From: Squalus acanthias
Taxonomy: Eukaryota
Direction: 5' to 3'
Assembly: GCA_030390025.1 (NCBI GenBank)
Contig: JASTWF010000036.1
Location: 1,984,001 to 2,048,000 of the forward strand
DNA length: 64,000 nt
Below the pieces are notes generated by a model. The model did not search any database and had not been told where the DNA came from. It worked only from the letters and a program-made list of their open reading frames with translations. Positions 50,893 to 64,000 of this stretch are shown piece by piece (within the stretch, counting starts at the first letter, position 1; each line of letters begins with the position of its first letter). The position numbers and the translations under genes are program-made.

Positions 50893-52145
50893 ACAGTTAC
50901 ACCTGATCATTTATTAGCTCTAGACATACTAAATCCACAAGTATGTTTCCTTGAGATATTTTAATGAGTTTTAAATGCCCAGAGCTGGCAAAGGATATAA
51001 ATTGCTGTTCATGTCATTTGAGCTGCCCAATGGCTCAGTTGGTTCAAGGCATTGAGTAGCTGAAACATACGAATTATAAAGGATCTCGGTTGACCTCTGA
51101 TCTGTGCTGAGGTTAGTGGATTCCAGCTGAGGTGGCAATGGGTTGCCCGTGGCTCATGCAAGAAAAAAGCTAGCCGGGGCTGCTGCTGCTCCTGATTGCT
51201 ATCTGGTGACTCCTGCTGGGATCTGCGCCTGTGTGGACATCAAGGGCGGACAGGATTGGGTTTTCTGTGCTGGAGCTCACAGTCAAGTAATCTGCCAGCT
51301 ATCGCCGTCTAAGCTCACACGTGAATAAATGGCCAATCGGGTAAGGTATCGTAAGGTACCCAGCCCCCGTGGAACCCCAGGATGAACTAACCCCTTCAAA
51401 AGAGAAGATTGGAGGGAAACCAAAAAGTCCGATTCGTTGAGGTTTGAAATGTGCTGGGAGTTGACAGAAAGCAGCACACTAACTTGTAGCCTTGCCCCTT
51501 CTGGACTTTCAGCCACCACTAAATCCCTGGCTACTTCAGGGTGTTTATCATTGTACTGTGTTTACAGTAAGCCCTTTCAAACGAGCCTATTGACTTTTGG
51601 GCAAAGTTCAGGACTCTGCTCTCTTCTCCTTTCTCTCAGCCAATCTCTCAAATTGAGAAACCTAAGTAAAGGGCCAAAATCCGTAGTGCGAAACACTGCC
51701 AAGGTTGAAAAGAGAAAGATTAATCAGTAAGCCATGCTTGGGTAACTTCTGCTGCTTGCAGTGTTTCCTCATCCTGCCCTTTGCTGAAAGGGTCAGTTTG
51801 GGCAGTAAGCAGGAGAAAGGTGTTCTATGGCAGGGATGAAATGCACACCTCATTAATACTCCTGCTTGTTAAGTGAGTCACTGGGCCAGTTCTGGACCTA
51901 CCACGGGCCCAAATCCTGGCATATTTGGTTACTAGAAACATGTTGAATTTTATTTTTTGAGATTCTTGGATGGTGTAAACAACTGGGTCTGCAGCCTCTG
52001 GAGCCTGAAGGTGGCAGCAAACACATTAACTTCACCAGCAGATCAGAAACTCCTGCATGCAGACACTGGCAGCAGCCTGTACATAGGGGAGATCAGGTGG
52101 CATTGCTGGGTCTGTGGAATGATTCCCTTGTATTTTCTTTCTCAG

Positions 52146-52307
52146 CCACCCCAGTTTAAATTGGATCCTCGTCTGGCACGTCTGCTGGGCATCCACACCC
52201 AGACTAGGCCCGTCATCATCCAGGCTCTCTGGCAGTACATTAAAACCCACAAGCTGCAGGACTCCCACGAGCGGGAGTTCATCAACTGTGACAAATACCT
52301 CCAGCAG
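52146..52307 (+). CDS. SMARCD1: SMARCD1 exon 8 (SWIB/MDM2 domain)
   Basis: [54 protein letters not shown]. Confidence 0.97.
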
Positions 52308-53123
52308 GTAATTATCGGTGTGCTCTGTGTCTATATGTGAACGCGCTGAATCAGCAAGAATGACCAGGTAACGAGAGTGCTTAAACGTCAGTGAAACCTC
52401 ACACAACTTCCACATTAGTTTAATCACTAGAGTCTGTGAAAGTAAAGGTGACCGTACTTTTTGATTTATATTTAATAATGCAGGAATGCCCAAGCTTTTT
52501 GTCTTTGTGGTCTGCTTAGGTGTGTGCCATTAATTCCCGTATACCTCGAGCCATGGATGCTAACAGATCTCGGTGTTCGGATTTAGGCTTTATCCACCAA
52601 TTATACAAACCTCCAGGTTCACACATTTCGAGCAAACTATCAAATAAGAAATATAAGTGCAAATAGAGCTGAGCTGCGAGGGATTTGGCAGCTGAATTGT
52701 CCGAGCTTGTGGGTCTCTTGTAGCCCACTGGCAGTAGTTGGGACACCCCTGCAGTAATGCATTGTCTTTTTAAAAATGGAGTAAAAATGTAATTTTATAC
52801 TCGACCAGTGCCAAGTGATACTGTTGCAAAGGCCAATTGTTGCTCTTAACCTCCCCCTGCCTCCTGCAAAAAAATCCATTCCGTTTTTATTGTATTGATC
52901 AAAATTATGTTTGAACTCCATGTTCTCACTTCACTGCAGTCATCCTACTCAAGGTGGGAATGAAGGGTGCATTAAAAGTGGGTTGTTCTCACCAGCTGGA
53001 TTTGAACCATTTTCTGTGAACTGCTGTTAGGCATGCCTTGGGATGTGGGAGGCGATACTTCACACAAACAACTGCTCTTGAATTCAGGGTGCCTTCAAAC
53101 GAGACGATGAAGAGACTTGAGCG

Positions 53124-53254
53124 CAATGTTCCCTTTAATTTTTTGGGAGGGGGTTGCGGCCCCTTTAACGCACATGCACGGTTTTTCCATTCAAGAGCCG
53201 GCTGCGTGGGACCTCCAGACAGCTGCGCGGCCGTGCAGCTTAAAGTGAGCATTG
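53124..53254. mobile_element. ~130-bp hAT-type MITE
   Basis: caatgttccc...gagcattg; degenerate TSD cttgagcg/gtcgagtg. Confidence 0.7.
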
Positions 53255-54049
53255 GTCGAGTGTCACAATGGATTAGCACACTGCCCTTTGACCAGATGTT
53301 TATCTGCTGACTGTAATGCTACCATGCAAAATACGTTTAATGGAGGCTTTCCCACACCTCTGCTCCAATATCGGGATGATTGTAACCCTTAATCTTGGTT
53401 ACAGCTTGCTAATTTTTTTTTTACTGAGGTTGTCTAGATCTGAAATTACAGTTTAAATGGCTTTAATGTAATTTTAAGGCAGTGAATCATGTGTTCTCAT
53501 CTTTTCTCCAATGAGTATGTCAGTCTGTCATTATAACTTGAGGTTTAACCCCTTCAAATCAATGCACAAATCCTCCTGAAGGTACTCGTATAGTATTCCA
53601 AATATGGCGCCCTCTGTGAGACGTAGAGAGAGAAGTTGCCCATTTGGGACAAAACGCCTGGACACCCCTACTTATAAACTACTCTGAAGCATTTTCTTTA
53701 TTACTCATGTAACTGATCTATATTGCCATTTGTGCGCATCAGTAACAGAAAATCACAGGTGGACAATGACCAAGTCTCTCAAGGCCTGAACTGTACAACC
53801 TCTGAGTACAAAGCTTTATTCTTACATAAGAGATGTCGCTTCCACTAGCTAGATTAGTACTCCTGTATCTAATCTTTGTAAATACTAATCTGCTTGGCAT
53901 GTGCTTTACACACATGGGCTGCAAACATACTCACTTGGGTAGTTTCATAGGATTAATATTTTCTAGGAATACTGAGATTAGACAGATTTCTCTTTTACTG
54001 TGGGACGCTACACATGATTCTGATTTCTGGTGATTTTTTTTTTGTTAAA

Positions 54050-54460
54050 ATCTTCCACCTTCCATAAATTTCAGCTCATCCAAAACTCTCCTGCTGTTAT
54101 CCTATCACAGTCCCCCAACGCCTCCAATTAAAACTTCTCATCCTCATGTTTAAATCCCTTCATGGCCCCGCCCCTCCCTATCTCTAACATCATCCTCCTA
54201 GCCCCACAACCTCCTCTCAAAGGCTCCGTTCATCTGGCTCTGGCAACTTTGTGTATCTCTCTCCCCCACCCCCACCATTGGCGGCCGTGCCTTCAGCCGC
54301 CTAGGCCCCACGCACTGGAATTCCTTCCCTTAAACCCCTCGACCCCTCTCTCCTCCTTAAAACCCACCTCGTTGACCGAGCATTTTGTCGCCACTCCTAA
54401 TAGCTCCGCCTTTGGCTCGGTTTTGCCTTGACGGCTCGGTGAAGCTCCGTGGGACGTTCG
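54050..54460 (+). mobile_element. Decayed L2 3' fragment
   Basis: Similar to 42745-43245. Confidence 0.7.
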
Positions 54461-55131
54461 AAGAGTTGGGGAGAAGACTGGGGGTGAATGGTGTCTTGTT
54501 TGCTCTGCAATGGTGCTTTTCTTTCACAAATTGCAGGCAAATATTATCAGCTTGCTGCCTGGACTCCAGAGTCAAAATAGCACGATAGTGAAACTGTGCA
54601 GCTCTGTGATTCATTCCGTCTCCCTTTGTACTGCGGCCTGTGAAAGTCACTTGGTATTCCAGTCTCACCAGCCCTTACTGATTACTGGCAGACATGCACT
54701 GTGCAATGTTAGCATTGACTGGCATCAGTGGTGTGAGATAGCTAATACAGATTTAATTTTTAACGTCCACACACAGCCCTGTGATTAGACGTGTAAACAC
54801 GGCAGCTCTGATCATCACCGTGCACAACATCTGGAGCGAGCTGTGCAGCTCGAGTCACTTCAACCACTCATTGCAAACAGAGCCACTCCATTCAGTTGGA
54901 CAATCGACCTGTCTGTACAGAGCTTGGGGGAGCTGAGGCACCTCCTCCTTCCCCGTCCACCAACCGACCGGTCCGTCGATTGACCAGCATCACTTGTAGT
55001 CTCTGTGATGTTGCCACCTTCAAATTGCAGACAGCACGCCCATGCAAATGTAGACAGCGCCTGGCATCACAGCTGGGAAGACCAGCTGCCCTCCCAGATG
55101 CCTGATCAGAGTGACGGGTTGGCACGTTGTC

Positions 55132-56490
55132 AGAAGGGAAATCATGTTTGACAAATTTGCTGGAGTTCTTGGAGGATGTAACGAGCAGGGTGGATAAAGG
55201 GGAACCAGTGGATGTGGTGTATTTGGATTTCCAGAAGGCATTTGATAAGGTGCCACATAATAGGTGACTGCACAAGATAAGAGCTCACAGGGTTGGGGGT
55301 AATATATTTGCATGGATAGAGGATTGGCTAACTAACAGAAAAAAGAGAGTCGGGATAAATGGGTCATTTTCCGGTTGGCAAACGGTAACTAGTGGGGTGC
55401 CACAGGGATCGGTGCTGGGGCCTCAACTATTTACAATCTATAAATGACTTGGATGAAGGGACCGAGTGTAATGTAGCCAAATTTGCTGATGACACAAAGA
55501 TCGGTGGGAAAGCAAGTTGTGAAGAGGACTCAAAGAATCTGCAAAGGGATATAGATAGGCTAAGTGAGTGGACAAACATTTGGCAGATGGAGTATAATGA
55601 GGGAAAGTGTGAGGTTATCCACTTTGGTAAGAAAAATAAAAAAGCAAATTATTACTTAAATGGAGAGAGATTACAAAATGCTGCAGTACAGAGCGACCTG
55701 GGGGTCCTTGTGCATGAAACACAAAAAGTTAGCATGCAGGTAGAGCAAGTAATCAGGAAGGCAAATGGAATGTTGGCCTTTATTGCAAGGGGGTTGGAGT
55801 ATAAAAGTAGGGAAGTCCAGGGTATTGGTGAGACCACACCTGGAGTACTGCATACAGTTTTGGTTTCCTTATTTAAGGAGGGATGTGCTTACATTGGAGG
55901 CAGTTCAGAGAAGGTTCACGAGGTTGATTGCTGAGATGAAGGGGTTGACTTATGAAGAAAAGTTGAGCAGGTTGGACCTATACTCATTGGAGTTTAGAAG
56001 AATGAGAGGTGATCTTATTGAAACATATAAGATACTGAGGGGACTCGACAGGGTCGATGCAGAGAGGATATTTCCCCTCAATCTAGAACGAGGGGGCATA
56101 GTTTCAGAATAAAGGGTCGCCCATTTAAAACGGAGATGAGGAGGAATTTCTTCTCTGAGGGTCGCAAATCTGTGGAATTCTCTGCCCCAGAGAGCCGTGG
56201 AGGCTGGGTCATTAAATACATTTAATGAGAAGTCGCACAACACCAGGTTATAGTCCAACAGTTTTATTTAAAATTACGAGCTTTCGGAGCGCTGCTCCTT
56301 CTTCAGGTGCATCATGAATATATTTAAGGTGGAGATAGACAGATTTTTGAACAATAAGGGAGTGAAGGGTTATGGGCAGCGGGCAGGGAAATAGAGCTGA
56401 GCCCAAGATCAGATCAGCCATGATCTCATTAAATGGCGGAGCAGGCTCGAGGGGCCAAATGGCCGACTCCTGCTCCTATTTCTTATGTTC
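55132..56490 (+). mobile_element. CR1 RT/3' fragment
   Basis: [23 protein letters not shown], tail tcttatgttc. Confidence 0.92.
56226..56314 (-). mobile_element. ~90-bp PLE terminal insertion with hammerhead motif (56275-56309)
   Basis: rc: ac-CTGAAGA-a-ggagc(agc)gctcc-GAA-agct-c-gta; degenerate TSD taaatacatttaa/tgaatatatttaa. Confidence 0.8.
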
Positions 56491-57035
56491 TAATCTAATT
56501 GATATTATTTAAGTAGATTACTGCCTTGGTCAGACATGATTCAGTTTAGGTGTCAAGACAGAGTAAGTGTACTTGTGTGCCTTTAGAATGCAGTGTTACT
56601 GTTCAGCTGTTTTCATATATTGGTGCAAATAGGTGATGGGGAAAAACATCACAGCTAAGCCAATAATACACTTCAATGTTTTACGAGATTCTTAATTCAT
56701 GATTTCAAGTTGTTCCCGCCACCAATACCTTGCCCTAGTTTTCTACAGCTGAAAATCTGGCTCCAGGCAACCCTCAAGTTTGGAAGGATAGAATCTGTAA
56801 CTGCGCCACTCAGCATTTTTCACAATTCAGATAAACGTACCAAAATTTCTCTCAGCCACCATTACAAGTCACTGAAATCCTAGCGACAATGCGAATACTC
56901 AGTCTACCATATGGATGTGTCTAAGGAGGCATTCGCATGTGGATCTGCTCACGGCAATAAGGCAGGTTGACCATTTCCATAAGTATGTTACTATGTATGT
57001 GGAAACTAAGCCGATTTGGGCACTGATATTTTCAA

Positions 57036-57198
57036 AATCAAAATACTGCGGATGCTGGAAATCTGGGGGGGGGGGGGAAACAGGACATGCTGGAAATACT
57101 CAGCCGGTCAGGCAGCCTTTGTAGAGAGAGAAGCAGAGTTAACGTTTCAGGTCGATAACCTTTCATCAGATCTGAAACGTTAACTCTGTTTCGCTGTC
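57036..57198. mobile_element. PLE family-2 inverted terminal remnant with hammerhead motif (57138-57172, minus)
   Basis: 15-bp TSD cactgatattttcaa; rc CTGATGA-a-aggtt(atc)gacct-GAA-acgt-t-aac. Confidence 0.75.
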
Positions 57199-57756
57199 CA
57201 CTGATATTTTCAAGCTGGCATGTACCGTATTAAAATACAGAACCACATGAAAAGTAGTAGACCTGGCTTTTGAAAAATATTGGGAGATTTTGCTTTCTAG
57301 TTCATAATGGTTGAACTCTATAAAGGCGTTTGATCAACCACAAGATAAAAATGAATATTTACAATTAGATCGCGTCTTCTATCGAAATATCTCCAATCTC
57401 TTCACATAATGAGTAACTTTTTGGAGTGCAGAGGCTGCTATGTAGGTGAATGTGCAGTCATTCTGCACCAGTAATGTTGCACAGCCATGAGATGAATGAC
57501 TTTTTTTAAGGTTTGTATTGGTTGAGAGCTAGCCCTGAGGTAGGGCTCAACCTGGGTGCTGATTTAGATGTGAACAGTGCAAAAGGTGTCGAGATTTCTG
57601 ACTGAATCAGAACTTCTAAATGACTGCGTCAGACATTGTAGTCGAGTGGAGTAGCTTTTGAGCACTAATTTGGAATTATAGTTGGTATTCGGATTATAAT
57701 CATTGTTTTAACAAATTGCAATGGTTTTTCAATGGTATATGCAGCTCTTACTTTGA

Positions 57757-57903
<147 letters not shown>

Positions 57904-57976
57904 TGAGTATTGCTGACATTGTTCCTGCTGCACAAGAATTTGAGCTTGATCCATTTATAAAAAGTTCTTAAACATT

Positions 57977-58421
57977 GGCCCGGAATTTGCGGTCAGCGGC
58001 AAAAGCATTCGCCGCTGGCCCCAAAGAAATCTGCCCTTTTCGACACGTGCCATTTAATGGGAATCCCCTCGCGCAATCTACTGTGATGTCAACAAGCTGT
58101 CTAAGCAGCCAATCACATGGCAGAATCCTCACAGACAGGGGAGCAGGAAATGAGAACCTGCTTTTATCCAGACTTTTTAAAAATGTTAAAGAGCAAAACA
58201 AAGATTGGTGCTCTCACGTGGGGATAAGGTAGAACCTAAAATAATCTTGAACAAACTTTTTTTTTAAATACAGATTTTTTTAAAAAGTTTCTTTAAATAG
58301 TAATTTTTATCATAATGGAGAAATTTGACACTCCACAAAATTAAAATTAATTTTTCAGGGAAGTGGTAATAGTGGCAAACGCTGTCTGTTCACCGTTATT
58401 ACCCACCGCAAATTCCGGCCC
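57977..58421. mobile_element. 445-bp Harbinger-like MITE
   Basis: TIRs ggcccggaatttgcggt / accgcaaattccggccc; TSD att. Confidence 0.8.
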
Positions 58422-58863
58422 ATTAAGTTCTGACTATACTGTAAATGTGTTTCTCCAAATACACTCTACTAATCTGTTTGGGCATCATTTCTTTGAATGG
58501 GTTCTATATGTGGTTTGCTGTATATTTCACTGGTTTAAAGCTTTGCAAAGTGTCAGTATTATACTGTTCTAACTTTCTTAGACTCCAACTCGGGCCTCCG
58601 GTCTGATGCATTTACCCTGCAGAAAGCCCATAAGAGTTCAAAACCAGCAACTCCTTGTGCAGAATCACTAGTGCAAACATGTAGCCTGTAACTCCATAAC
58701 ATATTGGGCTGTCAGTGTTGTGTGTCACTTTGATTTAGCCTGTGTTTGATGCTAAATTTGAGGTATCTATACTCTAACCAGACTAATGCATGTAGTGAGC
58801 GAATATAACTGCAGCTTCGGTGCATGTCATTGTATTCTATAATATAATCCCATCTCCATTTGA

Positions 58864-59031
<168 letters not shown>

Positions 59032-60136
59032 TGAGTACATTTGTGGTTCTGGGCAAACAACTTTGACTTTACACCGGCACTGAACTGTAGTGTAAATCCA
59101 GTGTTGAGACCTGAGTGAAGACTCTCTCTGCACCTCGCTCTGGTGAGATGACCTTTTATTGAAGCCCTAGATGGTGAAAGGGCTGTGTATATTTTGAATT
59201 CAGTTGTAGTCCTGAGACTAGAGATTGTACATCCAAACTAGTCAAACCTCATGCGAGGCTAGAGATTAGTAGGAATTTTTATTCTCTGATGGAATGGACT
59301 TTGTTGCTAATTCACTAAGCTCCTTTAAAAAGAAGTTGGCTGATTATCTCGCAGAAAGTGGGATTGAAGGCTTATGGCGTGTTAGTCAGTACATGGCAGA
59401 AATATTTGGATTTTTGTTGGTTTTTATCTGATTTAAATTCCATTGCCTGGGAATTTCTGGGTTGGGTTGGGTGGAGGCCCTGCTGATGTGGATGATATAC
59501 TGGGGGGGCGGGGAGTGTGCTCCATGAGCCAAATAGCTTTTTCCCAGTCCATGCTTCCTTATGTACTTACAAAATTAAATGCTCATCTTGATAAATGTGC
59601 AAGATTTTTTTTTTAAATGTTAGTTCTTCATTCAGGGCTTCCATGCATTCCTCCATAGGAGTGAAGTCTAGCTTGATTGTTTCTTGGGAATCCGTGTACT
59701 TAGTTTGCACCTGAAAACTTTGTGACATTACAGCTAGGTGGTGCCTCTTCCCACGCCATCAAAACCCCAGGAGCTGCGCCTTCGAACAAGTTTTTCCACT
59801 CACAGTGAAAAGTGTGTTCACGTCACTTTGAAGAGTGAGGAAAAGCCGTGGTTTCTCCTTGGGTATAAGTTAGGCCAGATCTTCCTTGTCCTCTTACAAA
59901 TGTGTGAGGCCTTTTTTTCATGCGTTAACCTCTAAATTGAGATATTGCCACTAATTGACAACCTGCAAAACATCTGCTCCTGTATAATTTTAAAAATTAT
60001 TCACTTCAGGGGCACCGTATTAAGAATCTTAATGAGAGATTACGTATATTGTCAGAAGGCTACATGTGAACTTTGTGTAACTGTTGCTATTCCTCCACAA
60101 AGTGACTTAAATCTTGGGCAACATTCTTAAAAAGCC

Positions 60137-60345
60137 AAAAGCAAAATGCTGCGGATGCTGGAAATCAAAGAAAAACAGAAAATGCTGGAAACACGCATAG
60201 CAGGTCAGGCAGCATCTGTGGAGAGAGAAACAGAGTTAATGTTTCAGGTCGATGGCCGTTCGTCAGAACTGGAACATTAACTCTGTTTCTCTCTCCACAA
60301 ATGCTGCCTGACCTGCTGAGTATTTCCAGCATTTCCTGTTTTTAT
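60137..60345. mobile_element. PLE family-2 palindromic remnant with hammerhead motif (60235-60269, minus)
   Basis: 13-bp TSD ttcttaaaaagcc; ~75-bp inverted arms; rc gtt-CTGACGA-a-cggcc(atc)gacct-GAA-acat-t-aac. Confidence 0.75.
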
Positions 60346-60831
60346 TTCTTAAAAAGCCCCGTGCCCGATAAAGGGTTTGTAAATCTTTCACAGAACAGGC
60401 AGAGCTGTTGTGCAAACTGTAAAAAGATGTCTCTAAGGATTGGGGCTTGTTCATGTAAAACAATTGCCCGCCCAGTTCGCCCATAGCCAGCTTATCCGTG
60501 TTGAGTCTTGAGTAGCTCTGTAATATTTTTGTCTGCATGCTTTAGAGATAGCACAGCATTGAGGAAGAAAAGAAAAATTAATAAAATTTGTGAATTTGCT
60601 CTATGTAAAAAAAAAAAAATTGCCCCTAACTGTTGGGGTTTTACCTATTAAGCTGAAGAACATGTACAGAAGAGATTATTCGGGCGATTTCCACAGACTA
60701 GATAAGTAATGTATTTTCTGAGTTAATTGCGAAGAGAGATCTAAGTAGCCTATTTGTCGGAGAGCATGGGTTTGAGGTTCAGTGCAGCTCCCAAGTATAA
60801 ACCGTGTAACCCTGCTGTTTTACTCGCACAG

Positions 60832-60954
60832 ATCCATGAAACAATAGAGACCATTAACCAGCTCAAGACACAGAGGGAGTTCATGCTGAGCTTTGCCAGA
60901 GATCCACAGGGCTTCATCAATGACTGGCTGCAGTCACAGTGCCGTGACCTGAAG
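60832..60954 (+). CDS. SMARCD1: SMARCD1 exon 11 (gene continues beyond window)
   Basis: [41 protein letters not shown]; ag/gt. Confidence 0.97.
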
Positions 60955-62659
60955 GTACGTATTTTACCAGCTGAAGCCATGTTTAGCTCCTCTTTTGGCT
61001 GTGCATTCTTCTGACACTACATCACCGTGCATTGTATTCCTGAGGAAAACTAGTTTGTAAAACTACTTCAGACATGAGCATTTATTGGAATAATGTTTAC
61101 TTACGAAGACACATACTTCCAAGTTACAGGAAGCACTATTCAAAGTTCCTTACTTTCTTACAAGAGGCGTGTATTGTGTGGAAGGGAATTTAATAAGTAT
61201 TTGATCTCTGACCGTACCTGAATTTTTTTTATTTGACCCAAACTACTGTATTCCCAATCTGAGCTGTGTCTGTGGTGAATTGTTGACTAACTTAAGACTA
61301 GATTTTTTATTTTCCATTATTATAACACAGACATACAACTGTACACTGTTGGCATAGTATACAGGAAGCATAGTTCAGTGTGTACAATATTGAAGTACAG
61401 AACGAGAGGGAGTAAGCCTTATGTAGAGGCACGCACACAGCCCATATGTTCTGGTGCGAGGTATTGATGATTGAGTATACTCCTGTGGCAGTCCTATTGC
61501 TAACTCTTGATTCTCTTGGGTATGTCGCTTTAACTTTGTGAATTGCCACAGGCAGGTGGGTTAACGCACATTCCTTTTGCATGGCATCTGGGCTGATTAA
61601 ACTGTGTAAAAGAATAGGGTGCCAGAGTGCCCTTCTAGATTAAAGGACAGAGATTGCTGCTTGTGATTTCAACACGGGACGAGTTTCTGATCTCCCTGTA
61701 TCTTGACCTCCAGTCTGCCATTGTAAACGGGTTACGCCATCAACGTACTTATTTGGAACACGCTTTCTGCTGAGTCATGCTGGTATTATCTGCATTGTTG
61801 TATTAGGACTGAGCAATCCTTCAGAAAGCAAGACTTCAACCAAATGCTTTAACTGCTCACGAATTGAATTGGTAGTTGTCCTGCAGGAATCACATTGTGT
61901 TACCTTATTTTGCACTGCTGTACTCCACATTGATTCTCCTGATGGCCTTTTTATTTTAAAAAAAAACTCCAGAGCTGGGCTTTATTTTAAATCCCAAAAG
62001 CCAGATTCTTGCTCATTGTTGTATCCTGCGCTTACAGCTGCCAACATAAAAGCTTAGGAAGCCTAGGACGGGAAAATGTCATTCAATTCACCAAGCCCTT
62101 TCTTTCCACGGGCCGTGTACAAACCGCTCTATCCTGGGCTCGATTCAACCCATTTCACCATACAAAACAGTTGACAGTATCAGCAGACAATGCTGAATGC
62201 ATTTATATGACATTCCTGCGACTGTTAGTTTAGTGGAGATGTTAACCCAGCTTGTGTCTGTGTGCACTTCCTGTGAACTTTTCCCATTATAATTCCGATG
62301 TCCACATTTGTGGTGGAGGCTGCCCATGTGGACTTGTTTTGCTGTCATTACACCCTCTTTATTTCCCCCCCATAGTGCCTCCAGCACCACCACTGAGTGT
62401 AATTACAGTGTGGTGCGTTTGTATGGACGGTTTCCATTATCGATGTGGACATAGGAAGCTATAATAAAATAAGGACACAATGTACGACTTGAAAGTGGGC
62501 ACGCAATTCCAGCTGCACACCCTGGTCCAATTATCGGACCCTGCTTCAACCTTAAGACTTGTTCTTGACTCCCATCAGGGGGGTCATCAAGCCTGTGTTT
62601 TAAAATAGCAGACAGAGGAATGTTTTATGAATGGATGAAGCGTTTGCCCACTAATATCA

Positions 62660-62915
62660 CTGAAAAGAAGAGCAGTGGTATCCTGGCTAATATTTATCCC
62701 TTCACCAACATGACCTTAAAAAAAAAAACTGATCATCTGGTCATTATCTCATTGCTGTTTTGGGATCTTGCTGTGCGCAAATTGGCTGCCGCATTTGCTT
62801 ACATTGCAACAGTGACTACACTTCGAAAGTAGTTAATTGGGCTGCAAAGCACTTTGGAACATCCTGAGGTCACGAAAGGCGCTAAATAATGCAAGTGTGT
62901 TCGTTCGTTCTTTCC
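62660..62915 (+). mobile_element. Deu-SINE 3' half
   Basis: tcctggctaatatttatccc...gaaaggcgctaaataatgcaag. Confidence 0.8.
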
Positions 62916-63239
62916 AACCAGTTTGACAGCAGAGAGCGTGGATTTTCACAGGGATGGCACAGCAAATGGCTTGGCTGTAAACCCGGTGAGAATGGTGTGC
63001 AGTAAGGGTACACAAGTAACAGGCTGAGATCCAAATCCACACATTGGGTGCAACATTTTTGCACCGCTGCAGCAGAAGCTGCCTGCAGACCATTAACAAC
63101 AGATTTAGCTTTAACCCTCATAGTCTACTTTACATAGAAATGTTTGCTGGTATTTGAGGCTGTTTCCATGGCAAATCTGAGCTCTGCATTCTGTTTGAGG
63201 CAATCAGAGGTTCAAAGGAATCTTAAATTTGACACTCAA

Positions 63240-64000
63240 ATTTATAGAAATTTCAGCTCAGAAGGCGACCATTTTATCTCACTGTGCCTGTGCTAGCTCC
63301 ACTCTGGAGCTAACCAATCCCATTGCCCTGCTCTTTTCCTGTAACCTTTAATAATACTTTTCCTCTTTTGAGTGTATATCGGCTAAAATGCTGTGAATAT
63401 TCCACATTCTGATAATCCTGCATGTGAAAAATAATCCTTTTAACCTCCCCCCCTTTATACTTGTACTAATCCTGAATTTATGCCACAATTCAACCAGTGG
63501 AAACAATCTTTGACTTTACCCCCTCGAACCCTTTTAACGCTTCTATTTGGTTCTCCTCTTTTCTCTGATGAATGCACCTCTAGTTTTTCAAGCCTCTCAC
63601 CATAATTATTTCCTCTCCTTTTCGTAAATCTGTGTTGCACCGTTTCCATGGTTCTCGTATCCTTTCTGTAAAACTGTTACCCTAATTGACAGATCCATCA
63701 CCACCTCCTTGCCGTTATATTCAATGCCCTGTTATATAAAATCCAGGATCCCATTAGCCCTTGTTACGGCTTTCTCCACTTGCAATTTTGATTTTAAAGT
63801 TCTACATATCTGCACCCCATGATTATATACTACTTCACTCCTTGAGAATTTTACTGTTTAGGGTATATTTCTGTTCTCTTTACCCCCCCCTCCCCGGGCC
63901 CAAATTTTTCATTTCACATATATCTGTCGAGCTGCATTTGCTATACAACTGCCCAGTCCCCTATGCCCTTTTTGCATTCTTCCTCAGTCCCCCCAATTTG
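63240..64000 (-). mobile_element. Heavily decayed CR1 3' portion
   Basis: METVQHRFTK...YGERLEKL remnants; cccccaatttg as at 33988. Confidence 0.6.

Noticed and set aside
60955..64000. SMARCD1 exons 12-13
   Set aside because: No TMTDVVGNPEEERR-like coding sequence seen; presumably downstream of the window.

Overview
Eukaryotic vertebrate DNA. The repeat content (Deu-SINE/SacSINE1-like, HE1-like V-SINE, HER1/CR1, L2) points to a cartilaginous fish, most likely a shark. The only host gene is SMARCD1 (BAF60A) on the + strand. Coding exons 1-11 run from ATG 23748 to 60954 with GT-AG introns in consistent phase; the last exons lie beyond the window. The rest is mostly transposon-derived: CR1, L2, RTE, SINEs, Harbinger-, hAT- and Tigger-type MITEs, and Penelope-like elements (PLEs). 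Main points: (1) at least nine minimal hammerhead-ribozyme motifs from two PLE families, showing a variable N7, stem-I covariation and palindromic stem III. They sit in a near-intact RT+GIY-YIG copy, in long inverted repeats inside SMARCD1 intron 1, and in tiny ribozyme-centred insertions with TSDs. (2) A roughly 70-unit, 37-bp G-rich minisatellite with CTCF-like cores abuts the SMARCD1 start and is split by an RTE insertion. (3) There are two multi-level nested insertion stacks. Coordinates were read by eye and family names come from recalled consensus features, not database searches.
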